Source: Sphingomonadaceae bacterium
Lineage (GTDB): Bacteria > Pseudomonadota > Alphaproteobacteria > Sphingomonadales > Sphingomonadaceae
Direction: 5' to 3'
NCBI GenBank assembly: GCA_041746135.1
Contig: JBGTHQ010000002.1
Span: 44,823-108,822, forward strand
Length of the DNA: 64,000 nt
Positions 8,359 to 18,166 of this stretch are shown piece after piece. The translations under genes were made by a program, and so were the position numbers. How positions within the stretch are numbered: the stretch's first letter is position 1; the number at the start of each line of letters is the position of its first letter. The notes beneath the pieces are model-generated. The model did no database searches. It had not been told where the DNA came from and saw only the letters and a program-made list of their open reading frames with translations.

Positions 8359-8935
8359 TCACCTCACGAACCTTACGATATAGATTCGCCAGAATGGTCC
8401 GGACGTGCACCGGCGCTGGTTAGGCTCGCAGACGCATCGCAGCACAGCGCCCTGATATAGCTCAAGATAATGCGTTTCGACTTGGCGGATGGCCTGCGCG
8501 CGATCATCGCTTAGCGTGATCGTGCCGTTTTCCGGAGTATATATGTTGCGGCGCATTTCTGTGACAAGCGAAGCTTTTTGTACTGCCTCTATTTGTGCCG
8601 GCGTCAATCCAGGCAATGTTCGCGATGTTTTGATAGCAAGTAGAGTTTCAGCTTCGCGGTGGAGCCAATCCGCACTCCAGTCAGGCGCGAGATAACTACC
8701 ATGTCCCCAAATCGAACCTTGCTCCATACCGCCAATGGATTGCCAGACATTTTGACCCGTTTCGATGTCATTGCGGGTATAAATAACCTTGCCGGAAGCC
8801 GATTTAACCGTCGCTGGTATAGGCGGTGCCATTTGGTAATTTCTGATCCCAAGAACAACAATATACCGAACATGACGATCATGCCTGCGATCAGGATAAT
8901 CCATAGTCGTTTAATGCTGAATGACTGTTTATAGG
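8359..8935 (-). pseudogene. Quinol-type nitric-oxide reductase (qNor/NorZ) N-terminal relic, frameshifted and truncated
   Basis: One frame gives ..KRLWIILIAGMIVMFGILLFLGSEI (TM helix). A second frame continues YQMAPPIPATV...GQNVWQSIGGMEQGSIWGHGSYLAPDWSADWLHREAE.., typical of the qNor N-terminal extension. Only ~180 of ~750 residues remain. Confidence 0.7.
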
Positions 8936-9046
8936 TATTAATAACCCCACTCCCTTGCGTGTCGACAAAGTTTGGCCTGCGCCAGTGCCACTGGCTTAAA
9001 ATATGTAGTTATTAATCTCTGAGGATGGCCAAACTAATTCTTTGCC

Positions 9047-9283
9047 TTACGGCCTGCGCACGGAATTCCCTCCGGCAATGATCTTATTGATCAGGGCGGC
9101 GACATCACGGTGCATGTCCGGGGCGCGGTCCAGGCTTGCCGCCTTTTCATGCGTAGCTGCTGCGTCCTCGAGCACCCCAACAATTTCACTTTCGGGCAGT
9201 AGCTTGTGATCGTTCAATGCAAGCAGGAGCGACTCACAAATCGAGAGTGCTGCAATCCCTGAGTAATCAATCCGAACCGTCAT
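9047..9283 (-). CDS. Hypothetical small protein (78 aa)
   Basis: ORF with plausible composition, divergent from the Crp/Fnr gene. No motif recognised. Confidence 0.45.
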   Translation of the reverse strand: MTVRIDYSGIAALSICESLLLALNDHKLLPESEIVGVLEDAAATHEKAASLDRAPDMHRDVAALINKIIAGGNSVRRP

Positions 9284-9408
9284 GCTGCAAAATCCTTTAG
9301 TAAAGGCATAATTCCAGTAGCACGGGAGTGTGCCTCGCGAATTTCTTCACACTTGCAGATAATGGAGTATGATGGACTGATCGAAAGCAGCCCCAGTTCC
9401 AGAGTTTT

Positions 9409-9423
9409 CGATAATTTTTATCG
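9409..9423. promoter_or_regulatory. Candidate operator palindrome CGATAATTTTTATCG just upstream of the Crp/Fnr-family gene
   Basis: Perfect 6+3+6 inverted repeat 16 nt before the predicted start. It loosely resembles a Crp/Fnr half-site arrangement but not the TTGAT-N4-ATCAA consensus. Confidence 0.2.
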
Positions 9424-9438
9424 GATCGGGAGTATATT

Positions 9439-10173
9439 TTGAGCGCAATCGTAAATACACCTCTCGCACGCAAACTTGGTGCTTTCGTCGCGCTGTCGGA
9501 GAGCGAGCTTGGACTAATAGAGCGGCTGCACCAACGCCGCAGGAAATTCGTCGCTGGGCGTGATCTGGTTTATCAGGGTCAGACCGACGGGGCCGCTTAT
9601 ATACTGGCGTCTGGCTGGGCAGCGTCATACAAAATCCTACCAGACGGATCACGGCAGATTGTAGACTTTCAGATTCCCGGCGATTTTCTGGGGCTGCGCA
9701 GCGTGCTGCTACACACTTCTGACCATTCCATCGAGCCGGTGACCGACATCGAAGTATCAGAAATTTTGGCGGCAGATCTTTTGAATGCGTTCTCGCAAAA
9801 CCTGCGATTGGCAACGGCCGTACTTTGGGCGGCATCGCGCGACGAGGCCATGGTGGTTGAGCATCTGGTCGACATCGGACGGCGTAGTGCACTTGAACGC
9901 ATAGCCCATTTCCTGCTTGAATTAGGGGCAAGGCTTAAACTGGTCGGTCTGGGCAACCAGGCAGGCTATGCTTGTCCATTAACGCAATATCATCTCGCCG
10001 ATGCGTCCGGATTGAGCGCGGTCCACGTCAACCGGGTGCTTCGGCAATTGCGCGAGGACGGGTTAGTTACGTTTCGTGACGGGTTTGTGGGCTTCGACAA
10101 TTATGAGAGTTTGGCCGAAATGGTTGAATTCGACCCGAGTTATCTGGAGCAGACCGGGCCTCTACTGAAGTAA
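9439..10173 (+). CDS. Crp/Fnr-family transcriptional regulator
   Basis: A cNMP-binding-like N-terminal barrel, plus the C-terminal HTH ERIAHFLLELGARL...PLTQYHLADASGLSAVHVNRVLRQLREDGLV. Confidence 0.85.
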   Translation: MSAIVNTPLARKLGAFVALSESELGLIERLHQRRRKFVAGRDLVYQGQTDGAAYILASGWAASYKILPDGSRQIVDFQIPGDFLGLRSVLLHTSDHSIEPVTDIEVSEILAADLLNAFSQNLRLATAVLWAASRDEAMVVEHLVDIGRRSALERIAHFLLELGARLKLVGLGNQAGYACPLTQYHLADASGLSAVHVNRVLRQLREDGLVTFRDGFVGFDNYESLAEMVEFDPSYLEQTGPLLK

Positions 10174-10212
10174 CCAATGTGAAGCAGATTATGGAACTAA
10201 TGGCTTGAAAAG

Positions 10213-10482
10213 TCACATGCCAGGCATTTCGTCATAGAAATGAATCTGCATCCGCATCGGACCGAGCGGTTCGACGAAATGGATTTGCTCCGGCAGAATG
10301 ACGCCAGTGTCGCCCGGCACCAGAATTTTGTCCAGGCTTGGATCAAGGAAGTGCAAATGCAGTCTGCCTTCGATGACACGGATCAAGCCCCAAGTGCCCG
10401 CCTTGGTACAATGCTCTTTTCGCAGGGCAGCAGGGAGTGTAGCTTCGTCAAATTCTGGTGTGGAACGATAAGGTTCGGCCAT
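10213..10482 (-). CDS. DUF1971 (YeaR/TehB C-terminal-like) protein
   Basis: TPEFDEATLPAALRKEHCTKAGTWGLIRVIEGRLHLHF...FHFVEP-type pattern as remembered for YeaR-like proteins. Confidence 0.65.
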   Translation of the reverse strand: MAEPYRSTPEFDEATLPAALRKEHCTKAGTWGLIRVIEGRLHLHFLDPSLDKILVPGDTGVILPEQIHFVEPLGPMRMQIHFYDEMPGM

Positions 10483-10483
10483 A

Positions 10484-11209
10484 CTATGCTTTCAATCGTA
10501 TATCGTCGGCGTGCTCGGGATACGGTGCCGTACTCCGCAGGCCAACAGGCAGGCCAGCGAGCTTGTCCGAAAAGCCGTGGTTCACATCGCGGTGATGGGC
10601 CTCGTCGGCACGCACAACCAGCACTACATCCCGCAAGGTCGCATCTGCAGGGAGCTTCCAGTAATGGCGTGCAATCTCCGGTGCCGGGACGTTGGGTGAC
10701 CGGCCTTCGTCGATTTCCTTGAGATAGAGAGTGTAGCTGATCACCGCCTCTTCCTCAAAATATCCGACGACGCGGTGTGCGGTGCGCGATGATATGAGGT
10801 AAAGAAAGAAGAACGCAATATAGAATACCCATTGGACAGAAAGAATCACCAACCGCTCGAACATATTGGGCTGGGCCACTTTAATGAACGTCATAAGGTG
10901 CATCCGCTCGTTCTCGGCTTCTTCCATCAAGGTTCGAATCCAGCCATCGTCGTCAATCATTTTGCGGAGGCATTTCAGGTGGGTGAGCGTGGCACCGACC
11001 ATACCGGGAACGGCCGCCACGGTTTCCAGCACAATCGCGCGATGGCCATAGCGTTTGGCAAAGAAGGTATCGGCGCAAAAGCGCAATAGCTTCGTAAAAC
11101 CTAGAGCGAAACGGTCTGAAAAGCCGTGCGGTTCGTGATGTATAACGGGTTCGGCGTCTCTTTCTTCTTGCAGTGCGCATTCGTCGGGTTGCAGAACTTT
11201 GTTGACCAT
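10484..11209 (-). CDS. aox: Alternative oxidase (di-iron ubiquinol oxidase)
   Basis: The AOX iron-binding motifs are present: [29 protein letters not shown] and [11 protein letters not shown]. Confidence 0.9.
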   Translation of the reverse strand: MVNKVLQPDECALQEERDAEPVIHHEPHGFSDRFALGFTKLLRFCADTFFAKRYGHRAIVLETVAAVPGMVGATLTHLKCLRKMIDDDGWIRTLMEEAENERMHLMTFIKVAQPNMFERLVILSVQWVFYIAFFFLYLISSRTAHRVVGYFEEEAVISYTLYLKEIDEGRSPNVPAPEIARHYWKLPADATLRDVVLVVRADEAHHRDVNHGFSDKLAGLPVGLRSTAPYPEHADDIRLKA

Positions 11210-11212
11210 AAT

Positions 11213-11614
11213 CTATCCTTTTGGTGAGCTGAATTTTACTGGTGGGGCAGCGCCCGATTGCGACAGTTCCTGAAAATGCATCGCGCGGTGAACGAGGTCG
11301 GTCATATGATCGGCAGCCTGAACAGTCAGGGCATGCTGAATAAAACCGGGCCTTGGGGAAATCTGGGCAGCCATCTCTACCGCCAACTGACGCTGCCGGC
11401 CCGATCCTTCTGCCAGAACGGCAATCATCAGGTTTTCAAGCGCTATCACTCTAATGTGGAGTTGCACGAGTTCGGTGTTTGTTAGATCGGACCTTTGCGG
11501 GCTCATCTCATACGGAGACGACTCAACCGCGCCTCCTTCATTTTCCCATTTCGACACCGCTCTCTCTTGTGTGCTAAACGCGTTCGCGGCAAATTGGGAA
11601 TTAAACATCATCAT
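11213..11614 (-). CDS. Small conserved hypothetical protein, WENEGG / NxELVQLxxRxIAxEN family (paralogue 1)
   Basis: The start is moved to the MMM at 11614 (AAGGA RBS). Motifs are SKWENEGGA and NTELVQLHIRVIALENLMIAVL. Paralogous sequences lie at 17538-17822 and 29517-29762. Confidence 0.6.
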   Translation of the reverse strand: MMMFNSQFAANAFSTQERAVSKWENEGGAVESSPYEMSPQRSDLTNTELVQLHIRVIALENLMIAVLAEGSGRQRQLAVEMAAQISPRPGFIQHALTVQAADHMTDLVHRAMHFQELSQSGAAPPVKFSSPKG

Positions 11615-11819
11615 TTCCTTATGGCTGATCCTGTTGTCCCCGACTTTAAGCCTTACCCGCCGCGCATTGGTACCGTGCTGATTGATGTTAGCAGGCGAGA
11701 AGTCGCCAGACGGCCAAAAGGTGTAAATAGCTAACAAGCATCAGTGCGGACGATAATAATCTAAGGCAAAATGCGCGGAATAGTAATTTCACCCACCATA
11801 GCTGCCGGAGTCTTGACCA

Positions 11820-12794
11820 ATGCTTGGATATATTGCCGATATCGAGAAATTGTCCGAAGAAAACACCAATTTCAGACGCGTGTTATATACCGGACCAAAC
11901 CAGCAATTGGTGCTTATGTCGCTTCGTCCGGGCGAAGAGATCGGAGCCGAGGTGCACGAAAGCACGGATCAATTTTTCCGGATAGAAACTGGCAAGGGCC
12001 GCATCGAGATTGATGGCGTGGCACAAGAAGTTGAATCGGGTGCATGCGTTATCGTGCCTGCAGGCGCCCGGCATAACCTCATCTGTACAGGTAACCAGCG
12101 CATGCGGCTTTATACGATTTACAGCCCGCCGCACCACAAGGACCGATTGATACAAGCCACTAAGGCCGAGGCTGATTCATCGGATAAAAGCTTTGACGGT
12201 GCTTTGACTGAGCCACGTGGCCATGTGCAGGTTGAGCAAGTACGGGACCATTTAGACAGAAACGATGCTTTCACGGAACAGGCAGAAGCCGAATTTCTCA
12301 AAACGCGGACAGGCTTCCGGTTTCAAATTCGTTCGGCAGTTCCTGGTGACGATGACGCTTTAACAAAGTTTTTTAGTCACGTGACGCGTGACGATTTGCG
12401 CTTCCGGTTTCTTACCGGCATGAACAAGATCGGATCGCACCAGATTGAGATGCTTACACATCCCAATCACGACAATACCGAAAGCTTCATAGCGCTAACA
12501 GAAAACGGATCGACGATTGTCGCCAACGGCATGCTTGCCTGCGATAAAACTTTTGATCGTGGCGAGGTGGCAATCGTTATCCGTGAAGATCACAAACGAA
12601 AAGGGATTAGTTGGGAACTGCTTTCTTATATTGCACGCTTCGCTGAAACGAAGGGTGTGAAGACACTTGAATCGATCGAAAGCCGGAGTAATCACGAGGC
12701 TATCGAACTTGAGCGCGACATGGGGTTCGAGGTGAAAGAATATCCTGGAGATTCCACACTTGTTCTGGTCAGCCGATCGCTCGAACAGTGTTGA
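11820..12794 (+). CDS. Cupin domain / GNAT N-acetyltransferase fusion protein
   Basis: N-terminal cupin (GAEVHESTDQFFRIETGKGRIEIDG...VIVPAGARHNL) and C-terminal GNAT core (VAIVIREDHKRKGISWELLSYIARFAETKG). Confidence 0.75.
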   Translation: MLGYIADIEKLSEENTNFRRVLYTGPNQQLVLMSLRPGEEIGAEVHESTDQFFRIETGKGRIEIDGVAQEVESGACVIVPAGARHNLICTGNQRMRLYTIYSPPHHKDRLIQATKAEADSSDKSFDGALTEPRGHVQVEQVRDHLDRNDAFTEQAEAEFLKTRTGFRFQIRSAVPGDDDALTKFFSHVTRDDLRFRFLTGMNKIGSHQIEMLTHPNHDNTESFIALTENGSTIVANGMLACDKTFDRGEVAIVIREDHKRKGISWELLSYIARFAETKGVKTLESIESRSNHEAIELERDMGFEVKEYPGDSTLVLVSRSLEQC

Positions 12795-13771
12795 TGCGGG
12801 GCTTAAAGCAACGGCACTTCACGTTGGGCTTAGCGGCTTTACTAATGGCGAGTACAGCGGCTTCGGCGTTGGCTCAAAAACCGCCGGTTTCTATTGATGG
12901 GCCGATTGAGCAGTTAAAGCCCGGTGAATATTTCTGGGCCCCTGATATCGCGCCGGAAGGACCGGTAACACTGATCGTCAGTTTGAAAACGCAGCGCGCT
13001 TATGTTTACCGAAATGGCGTGCCGATCGGCGTATCGACCGCTTCAACGGGACGCCCCGGTTATGACACGCCTACCGGTATCTTTACTATCCTGCAAAAGG
13101 ATAAAGACCACAAATCGAACCTCTACGATGATGCGCCCATGCCGTTCATGCAGAGACTGACTTGGGGCGGTATAGCGCTACATGCCGGTAATTTGCCGGG
13201 TTATCCTGCTTCGCATGGCTGTATTCGTTTGCCGCTGGAATTTGCGAAATTGTTATACGGAGTCACAAAACTTGGGCTAACAGTCGTCATAACCGGCGAT
13301 CCGTCTGTTCCCGAAATATCGCCCGCGCCTGTAGCATTGGAACCGCCATTGGCGGACGAACACAAGGAGCCTACCGGATATAGATGGCATCCTGAAAAAT
13401 CCGCTTCAGGACCAATGTCTATAGTCGTGAGCGGCAGGGATAATCGGATCATTGTCCTGCGCAACGGTGTCGAAATCGGATCGGCGAAAATCGTCATTGA
13501 TGGTGCTGTGGATGCAACCGAAGCATTTACGTTAAAGGAAGTTGTGGACGGCGATATTCATTGGTTCAGGCTTCCGCTTCCGGGGCAAAAATTGAGTGAG
13601 GCACCCGAGATGAGTGCATCCGACCGAGCACGCTTACATATGCCCGAAGCATTTCGTCAAAAGCTGCTGGCTATTCTGGAGCCCGGTGCGACTTTGTTGG
13701 TTACACGCGATACTTTGCGCAGCAGCGGTACAGGCCAGACGCTAACGGTTATTGTGACGGATCCAGAATAA
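12788..13771 (+). CDS. L,D-transpeptidase (YkuD domain) with C-terminal extension
   Basis: Signal peptide, then GRPGYDTPTGIFTILQKD....GIALHAGNLPGYPASHGCIRLP (catalytic HxC motif). The true start may be the ATG at 12794. Confidence 0.85.
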   Translation: MLMRGLKQRHFTLGLAALLMASTAASALAQKPPVSIDGPIEQLKPGEYFWAPDIAPEGPVTLIVSLKTQRAYVYRNGVPIGVSTASTGRPGYDTPTGIFTILQKDKDHKSNLYDDAPMPFMQRLTWGGIALHAGNLPGYPASHGCIRLPLEFAKLLYGVTKLGLTVVITGDPSVPEISPAPVALEPPLADEHKEPTGYRWHPEKSASGPMSIVVSGRDNRIIVLRNGVEIGSAKIVIDGAVDATEAFTLKEVVDGDIHWFRLPLPGQKLSEAPEMSASDRARLHMPEAFRQKLLAILEPGATLLVTRDTLRSSGTGQTLTVIVTDPE

Positions 13772-13880
13772 AGGATGCAGGAATGATCTCGCTGTCACCG
13801 TGATCAGGGTTATTTTTTAAAATCATGACAGTATTTTCTCTGATACTATCAACATTCTACTGTTTTGAAGGAGCGACGTG

Positions 13881-14693
13881 ATGAAATCGATAGTGGTCCA
13901 TATAAGCAATGATGATTACATGGATGCCCGGCTACAAACTGCGCTGGACTTAACGCGCGCTAATAATGGACATCTCACGTGCCTGCACGTAACTCCGGTA
14001 AGTAGCTACGCAGCATTTGACGGCTTTGGCGGTGTTTTTGTGATGGAAGGTGTCGTTGCACAAATCAACGACTCCATCACCAAAACCAAAGCGTATATTG
14101 ATGAAATTATGCAGCATGAGGATGTCAGCTGGAATTACAGACATGTCGATGCAGAGTCGGCGAGCGGACTTGCCGGGTTTGCGGGCTTGCAGGACGTGAT
14201 TGTCGTCAGCCGACCCAGTGTCCGAAAAACAAGCTATAATCCAGCCATGCTATTTGGCGATATTTTATACAAGTCCGACACGCCGCTGCTTATCGCTCCT
14301 TCAAACAGCAAAGGATTTAATGTCAGTGCGCCGGCGGTTATTGCATGGAACGGCAGCCCGGAAGCGGCAAAAGCATTAAAGTCATCCGTGCCGATGTTAC
14401 AATTGGCAAGCGCGGTACATATTATCTGTATTGAAGAAGATAGCAGGTTTGATCTCCCGCCGGTCGATGCTTCCGAATATCTTTCCCGTCATGGTATTCA
14501 CACGGATATCCATCAAAAATCGACATCTAAATCCGAAATAGTTGGATTGTTGGTATCAAGCGCACAAGATCTCGGCGCATCATATATCGTAATGGGTGCC
14601 TACGGACATAGCCGCACTTACGAATCTATTTTTGGTGGTGTAACTAAAAGTTTGCTAAAACAATGTCCTATGCATTTGCTTATCGCTCGTTGA
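13881..14693 (+). CDS. Universal stress protein, tandem Usp domains
   Basis: C-terminal YIVMGAYGHSRTYESIFGGVTKSLLKQCPMHLLIAR. A GAAGGAG RBS lies 7 nt before the ATG at 13881. Confidence 0.85.
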   Translation: MKSIVVHISNDDYMDARLQTALDLTRANNGHLTCLHVTPVSSYAAFDGFGGVFVMEGVVAQINDSITKTKAYIDEIMQHEDVSWNYRHVDAESASGLAGFAGLQDVIVVSRPSVRKTSYNPAMLFGDILYKSDTPLLIAPSNSKGFNVSAPAVIAWNGSPEAAKALKSSVPMLQLASAVHIICIEEDSRFDLPPVDASEYLSRHGIHTDIHQKSTSKSEIVGLLVSSAQDLGASYIVMGAYGHSRTYESIFGGVTKSLLKQCPMHLLIAR

Positions 14694-14854
14694 TCAGTGG
14701 TTTTAAATTCTCATCAGCATAATTTTAAAAGCTCTGGCGGAGAGTTTGCAAGGCGCAATCAAATCTTTTGTGCGCTTGTCAAGGAGCGAAAGTCTTGCCA
14801 ACTAAAGATGCGCTTTGGAGCAGCTGTAATTCGGTCGATGCTGAACTGCACAGC

Positions 14855-15058
14855 ATGAATATGCTATTGGAAATAAACAGCAACGGAACTGGCTATGTCA
14901 ATTTATCCAAGGGAATCTGTATATCGGTACGCGACGGAAAGCCGTCACTCGCAGTTTCTGTGAGTTTGTCTGTTACGATTCCAAGGCGGAACGGTTCAAA
15001 CGCTTTTACCGCAATAACTTTATCGCAGATAAATCATTTTTCCACACCGGAAGGATGA
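14855..15058 (+). CDS. Possible small ORF (67 aa) coupled to the next small ORF
   Basis: ATG at 14855. Its stop overlaps the next ATG (ATGA at 15055-15058). No motif; the start is uncertain. Confidence 0.3.
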   Translation: MNMLLEINSNGTGYVNLSKGICISVRDGKPSLAVSVSLSVTIPRRNGSNAFTAITLSQINHFSTPEG

Positions 15059-15288
15059 ATAGTATAGATCATAGTGAAATGTTAAACGATGATTTGCACA
15101 GGATTGATTGGGTGCCTGATAGTGACATTAAGCTGAGGCCGGGCAAATCCGATGCAGAGAATGATGTATCAATATTAGACGTGTTAGAGAAACAATTAAG
15201 AATCCATGCCGCTAACAACTATCGTCCGCTTACGAACGACCCGATTATTCCGCCTTACTCTCCTGTTATGAACGGGGGTGCCGCATAA
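15055..15288 (+). CDS. Small hypothetical protein (77 aa) coupled to the Cu ATPase gene
   Basis: Its stop TAA overlaps the ATPase ATG (TAATG at 15286-15290). Acidic; no motif recognised. Confidence 0.4.
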   Translation: MNSIDHSEMLNDDLHRIDWVPDSDIKLRPGKSDAENDVSILDVLEKQLRIHAANNYRPLTNDPIIPPYSPVMNGGAA

Positions 15289-17414
15289 TGCCGCAAGGCA
15301 CGATCTACACCTGTCCGATGCATCCGGAAATCCGTCAGGAAGGTCCCGGCAGTTGCCCGATTTGCGGCATGGCACTGGAACCTGAAACCTTCAGCCTCGA
15401 TGACGGCCCCGATCCCGAATATATCGATATGCGCAGACGCTTCTGGGTCAGTGCGGCATTTTCGCTCCCGCTCTTTATATATGCGATGGGCGACCTTATT
15501 CCCGGCCGTCCTCTGGATGGACTTATCCGCTCCGACTGGTCGCAATGGTTTCAGCTTCTTCTTGCCGCGCCGGTCGTTTTATGGGGGGCTTGGCCATTTT
15601 TCGTGCGGGCGGTACAATCATTCAAAACACGCAACCTCAATATGTTCACGCTGATCGGTATCGGTGTTGGCGTCGCTTTTGCATTTAGTGTCGTAGCGAC
15701 TTTCCTGCCGGGTATTTTTCCGCCCAGTTTTCGCGGGATGGATGGCAATATCGCGGTCTATTATGAAGCCGCTGCCGTAATCACGACACTTGTATTGCTA
15801 GGCCAGGTTCTGGAATTGCGGGCACGCGGCGCGACGTCCAGTGCGCTGCGCGCCCTGCTCGAACTGGCACCGCCGGTCGCCGTTCGTATAAGCGGTGATG
15901 GCAGCGAGCAGGAAATCTCTCTGGATGAGGTCCAGCAAGGCGACCGGTTGCGGGTCCGCCCGGGTGAGAAAGTGCCTGTGGACGGCACAATCGAAAATGG
16001 CTCCAGTACAATCGACCAATCCATGATTACCGGCGAACCGATCCCGGTCGCAAAATCCGTCGGCGACGATGTGACCGGCGGCACGGTGAACCAGACCGGC
16101 AGTTTCGTCATGACAGCCGACCGGATCGGCAAGGATACGCTGCTTGCAAAAATCGTACAGATGGTCGCTGACGCACAACGCAGCCGGGCGCCTATCCAGA
16201 AGCTTGCGGATACGGTCGCCGGCTATTTCGTGCCGATAGTCATCGCAATCTCGCTCGTCACATTTGCCGTCTGGTCTATCTGGGGTCCGGAACCGGCGCT
16301 TGCGTATGGTTTGGTCAATGCCGTCGCTGTGCTCATTATCGCCTGCCCCTGTGCGCTCGGTCTTGCCACGCCGATGTCGATCATGGTGGGTACGGGCAAG
16401 GGCGCGCAAAATGGCATATTGATCAAGAACGCCGAAGCGCTCGAAACTCTGGAGAAAATCGACACAATCGTCGTCGATAAAACCGGGACATTGACCGAGG
16501 GCAAGCCCAAGCTGGTTTCAGTCGAACCGGAGAAGGGTTTTGACGGCGACGAAATGCTCGCCCTTGTTGCCGCAATCGAAATGGCGAGTGAACACCCGCT
16601 GGCAGCCGCAATTGTAACCGGCGCGAAGGACAAGGGGCTTTCGTTTGAAGCAGCAACCGATTTCCAGTCGGTGACCGGAGAAGGTGTTGAAGCCAGCGCA
16701 GGCGATAAGCGCGTCGCTATAGGCAATGAAAAAATGATGGACCGGCTTGGTGCCACCAGCGCGGAGCTGATTGCCAAGGCGCAGGATGGCCGATCGCATG
16801 GGCAAACGGTGATGTTTGTCGCTGTCGATGGCAAGCCTGCTGGTCTTATCGGTGTCGCCGATCCGATCAAGCCGACCACGAAAGAGGCGATCAAAGCGCT
16901 GCATAAAGCCAATATCCGCGTGGTCATGCTGACTGGCGATGCCGAAGCTACCGCGCAATCTGTTGGCAAGATGATTGGCATTGATGAAATCCACGCCAAC
17001 GTCTCCCCCGAAGACAAGCACCGCGTCATCAGAGAGCTGCAAGCGGCGGGTAAAATGGTCGCAATGGCAGGAGACGGCATCAACGATGCTCCGGCCTTGG
17101 CAAAAGCCGATGTGGGCATCGCCATGGGAACGGGAACGGATGTCGCGATGGAAAGCGCCGGGATCACGCTGGTCGGCGGCGACTTGGCCGATATCGCCAA
17201 AGCGCGGCGGCTCAGCAAATTGACCATGGGTAATATCCGGCAAAACCTGTTCTTCGCTTTTATCTATAACGGGCTGGGCGTGCCGGTGGCTGCGGGCATC
17301 CTGTATCCATGGTCCGGTATATTACTAAGCCCGATGATTGCGGCGGCAGCGATGAGCTTTTCCTCAGTCTCTGTGATTGGCAACGCGCTAAGGCTCCGGT
17401 CGAAGCAGCTGTAA
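15288..17414 (+). CDS. copA: Copper(I)/silver-translocating P1B-type ATPase
   Basis: Motifs CPC (TM6), [15 protein letters not shown], and YN...P with MSFSS in the last helices (P1B-1 signature). The N-terminal metal site is the CPMHPE...CPICGM type rather than GMTCxxC. Confidence 0.93.
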   Translation: MPQGTIYTCPMHPEIRQEGPGSCPICGMALEPETFSLDDGPDPEYIDMRRRFWVSAAFSLPLFIYAMGDLIPGRPLDGLIRSDWSQWFQLLLAAPVVLWGAWPFFVRAVQSFKTRNLNMFTLIGIGVGVAFAFSVVATFLPGIFPPSFRGMDGNIAVYYEAAAVITTLVLLGQVLELRARGATSSALRALLELAPPVAVRISGDGSEQEISLDEVQQGDRLRVRPGEKVPVDGTIENGSSTIDQSMITGEPIPVAKSVGDDVTGGTVNQTGSFVMTADRIGKDTLLAKIVQMVADAQRSRAPIQKLADTVAGYFVPIVIAISLVTFAVWSIWGPEPALAYGLVNAVAVLIIACPCALGLATPMSIMVGTGKGAQNGILIKNAEALETLEKIDTIVVDKTGTLTEGKPKLVSVEPEKGFDGDEMLALVAAIEMASEHPLAAAIVTGAKDKGLSFEAATDFQSVTGEGVEASAGDKRVAIGNEKMMDRLGATSAELIAKAQDGRSHGQTVMFVAVDGKPAGLIGVADPIKPTTKEAIKALHKANIRVVMLTGDAEATAQSVGKMIGIDEIHANVSPEDKHRVIRELQAAGKMVAMAGDGINDAPALAKADVGIAMGTGTDVAMESAGITLVGGDLADIAKARRLSKLTMGNIRQNLFFAFIYNGLGVPVAAGILYPWSGILLSPMIAAAAMSFSSVSVIGNALRLRSKQL

Positions 17415-17537
17415 CAGCACACGTCTCAAAGGAGCGGCAATTAACTTTATGAATGCGTTCATTTGGGAAATGCTGCCGATGACGACGAGCCTATTTAAAA
17501 GCATTTAATAATCTTGAACAGGAAGGAATGAAAAATA

Positions 17538-17822
17538 ATGGGTAAAAAACCTGCAAAATCGATTGGCGAACGCTTTTTCTCTCTGTCACGCTGGGAAAAT
17601 GAAGGCGGTGCGCAATCCAAAGAGAATGATCGATCACACCAAGACCCGGAAATGAACAACGCCGAACTGGTTCAGCTTGCGTGCGCGTTATTGCGCTGGA
17701 AAATATTGTGCTTGCGCTGCTTTCCGAAACTTCGGGCAAAACTCATGAAAAAGTGCGCGAAATGCGGAGCTGATTTCACCCCCGCGAAGATGCGAGGCAG
17801 CATCCTTTGACGACCGAAGCTG
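17538..17822 (+). pseudogene. WENEGG/ELVQL-family paralogue 2, frameshifted and cut off at att copy B
   Basis: Frame 0 gives LSRWENEGGAQ...NNAELVQL. The expected continuation VRVIALENIVLALLSETSGK is in another frame, and QHPLTTEAA in a third. Homology stops at the GCACCA of repeat B. Confidence 0.55.
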
Positions 17823-17923
17823 CACCATTCTTTCACTAGGATATATCAAGATTGACTGGCGAAAGGCAGGAAATGTGGATGCGTGTGTGGGTATGGCGTG
17901 GGTGATAGTTACGCTTGGTAAAT
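17811..17923 (+). repeat. att-like direct repeat, copy B (truncated: only AAGCTGCACCA of the tRNA part plus the right arm)
   Basis: The right arm TTCTTTCACTAGGATATATCAAGATTGACTGGCGAAAGGCAGGAAATGTGGATGCGTGTGTGGGTATGGCGTGGGTG aligns closely with 6236-6315. Confidence 0.7.
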
Positions 17924-18166
17924 GGCACTCTGCGTTGACAGCAACATAGCCAAATGGGGTACTCATACGGCTATAACTGCCAAATGTTAGGCAAAAACGG
18001 CAGCGTCAAGCTTGTGAGGCTATATTTTAGGTGTCCAAGCCCTAGCAAAATCAAGCGAGGAAATCTCCGCGATCAGCAAAGCAAATTACACCCAAAAATT
18101 TAAAGTAGAATTGACCCCGCCGAAGGTCGCGCATCGACGGGGCCAAAACGGCGAACCGCAATTTTC

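Noticed and set aside
9347-9931. 194-aa minus-strand ORF overlapping the Crp/Fnr gene
   Set aside because: Arg/Pro-rich antisense product. The plus frame has cNMP-binding and HTH_Crp patterns.
13841-13852. FNR/Crp-type box TGAT-ACT-ATCAA upstream of the usp gene
   Set aside because: The half-sites are right but the spacer is 3 nt instead of the canonical 4 (TTGAT-N4-ATCAA). This is too weak to call without a PWM scan.
15761-17243. Long minus-strand ORFs (123-334 aa) inside the P-type ATPase gene
   Set aside because: These are antisense ORFs typical of GC-rich coding DNA. The products are low-complexity Ala/Ser/Pro/Arg-rich, and the plus-strand frame carries every P1B ATPase motif.
17688-17966. 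92-aa minus-strand ORF that shares THAIPTHAS.(F/L)PAF...ILIYP.ERMV.LR with the 73-aa ORF at 19179-19400, which looks like a protein family
   Set aside because: Both are antisense translations of the conserved att right arm and tRNA fragment. The similarity is explained by the DNA repeat, and the ORFs have no RBS or consistent ends.
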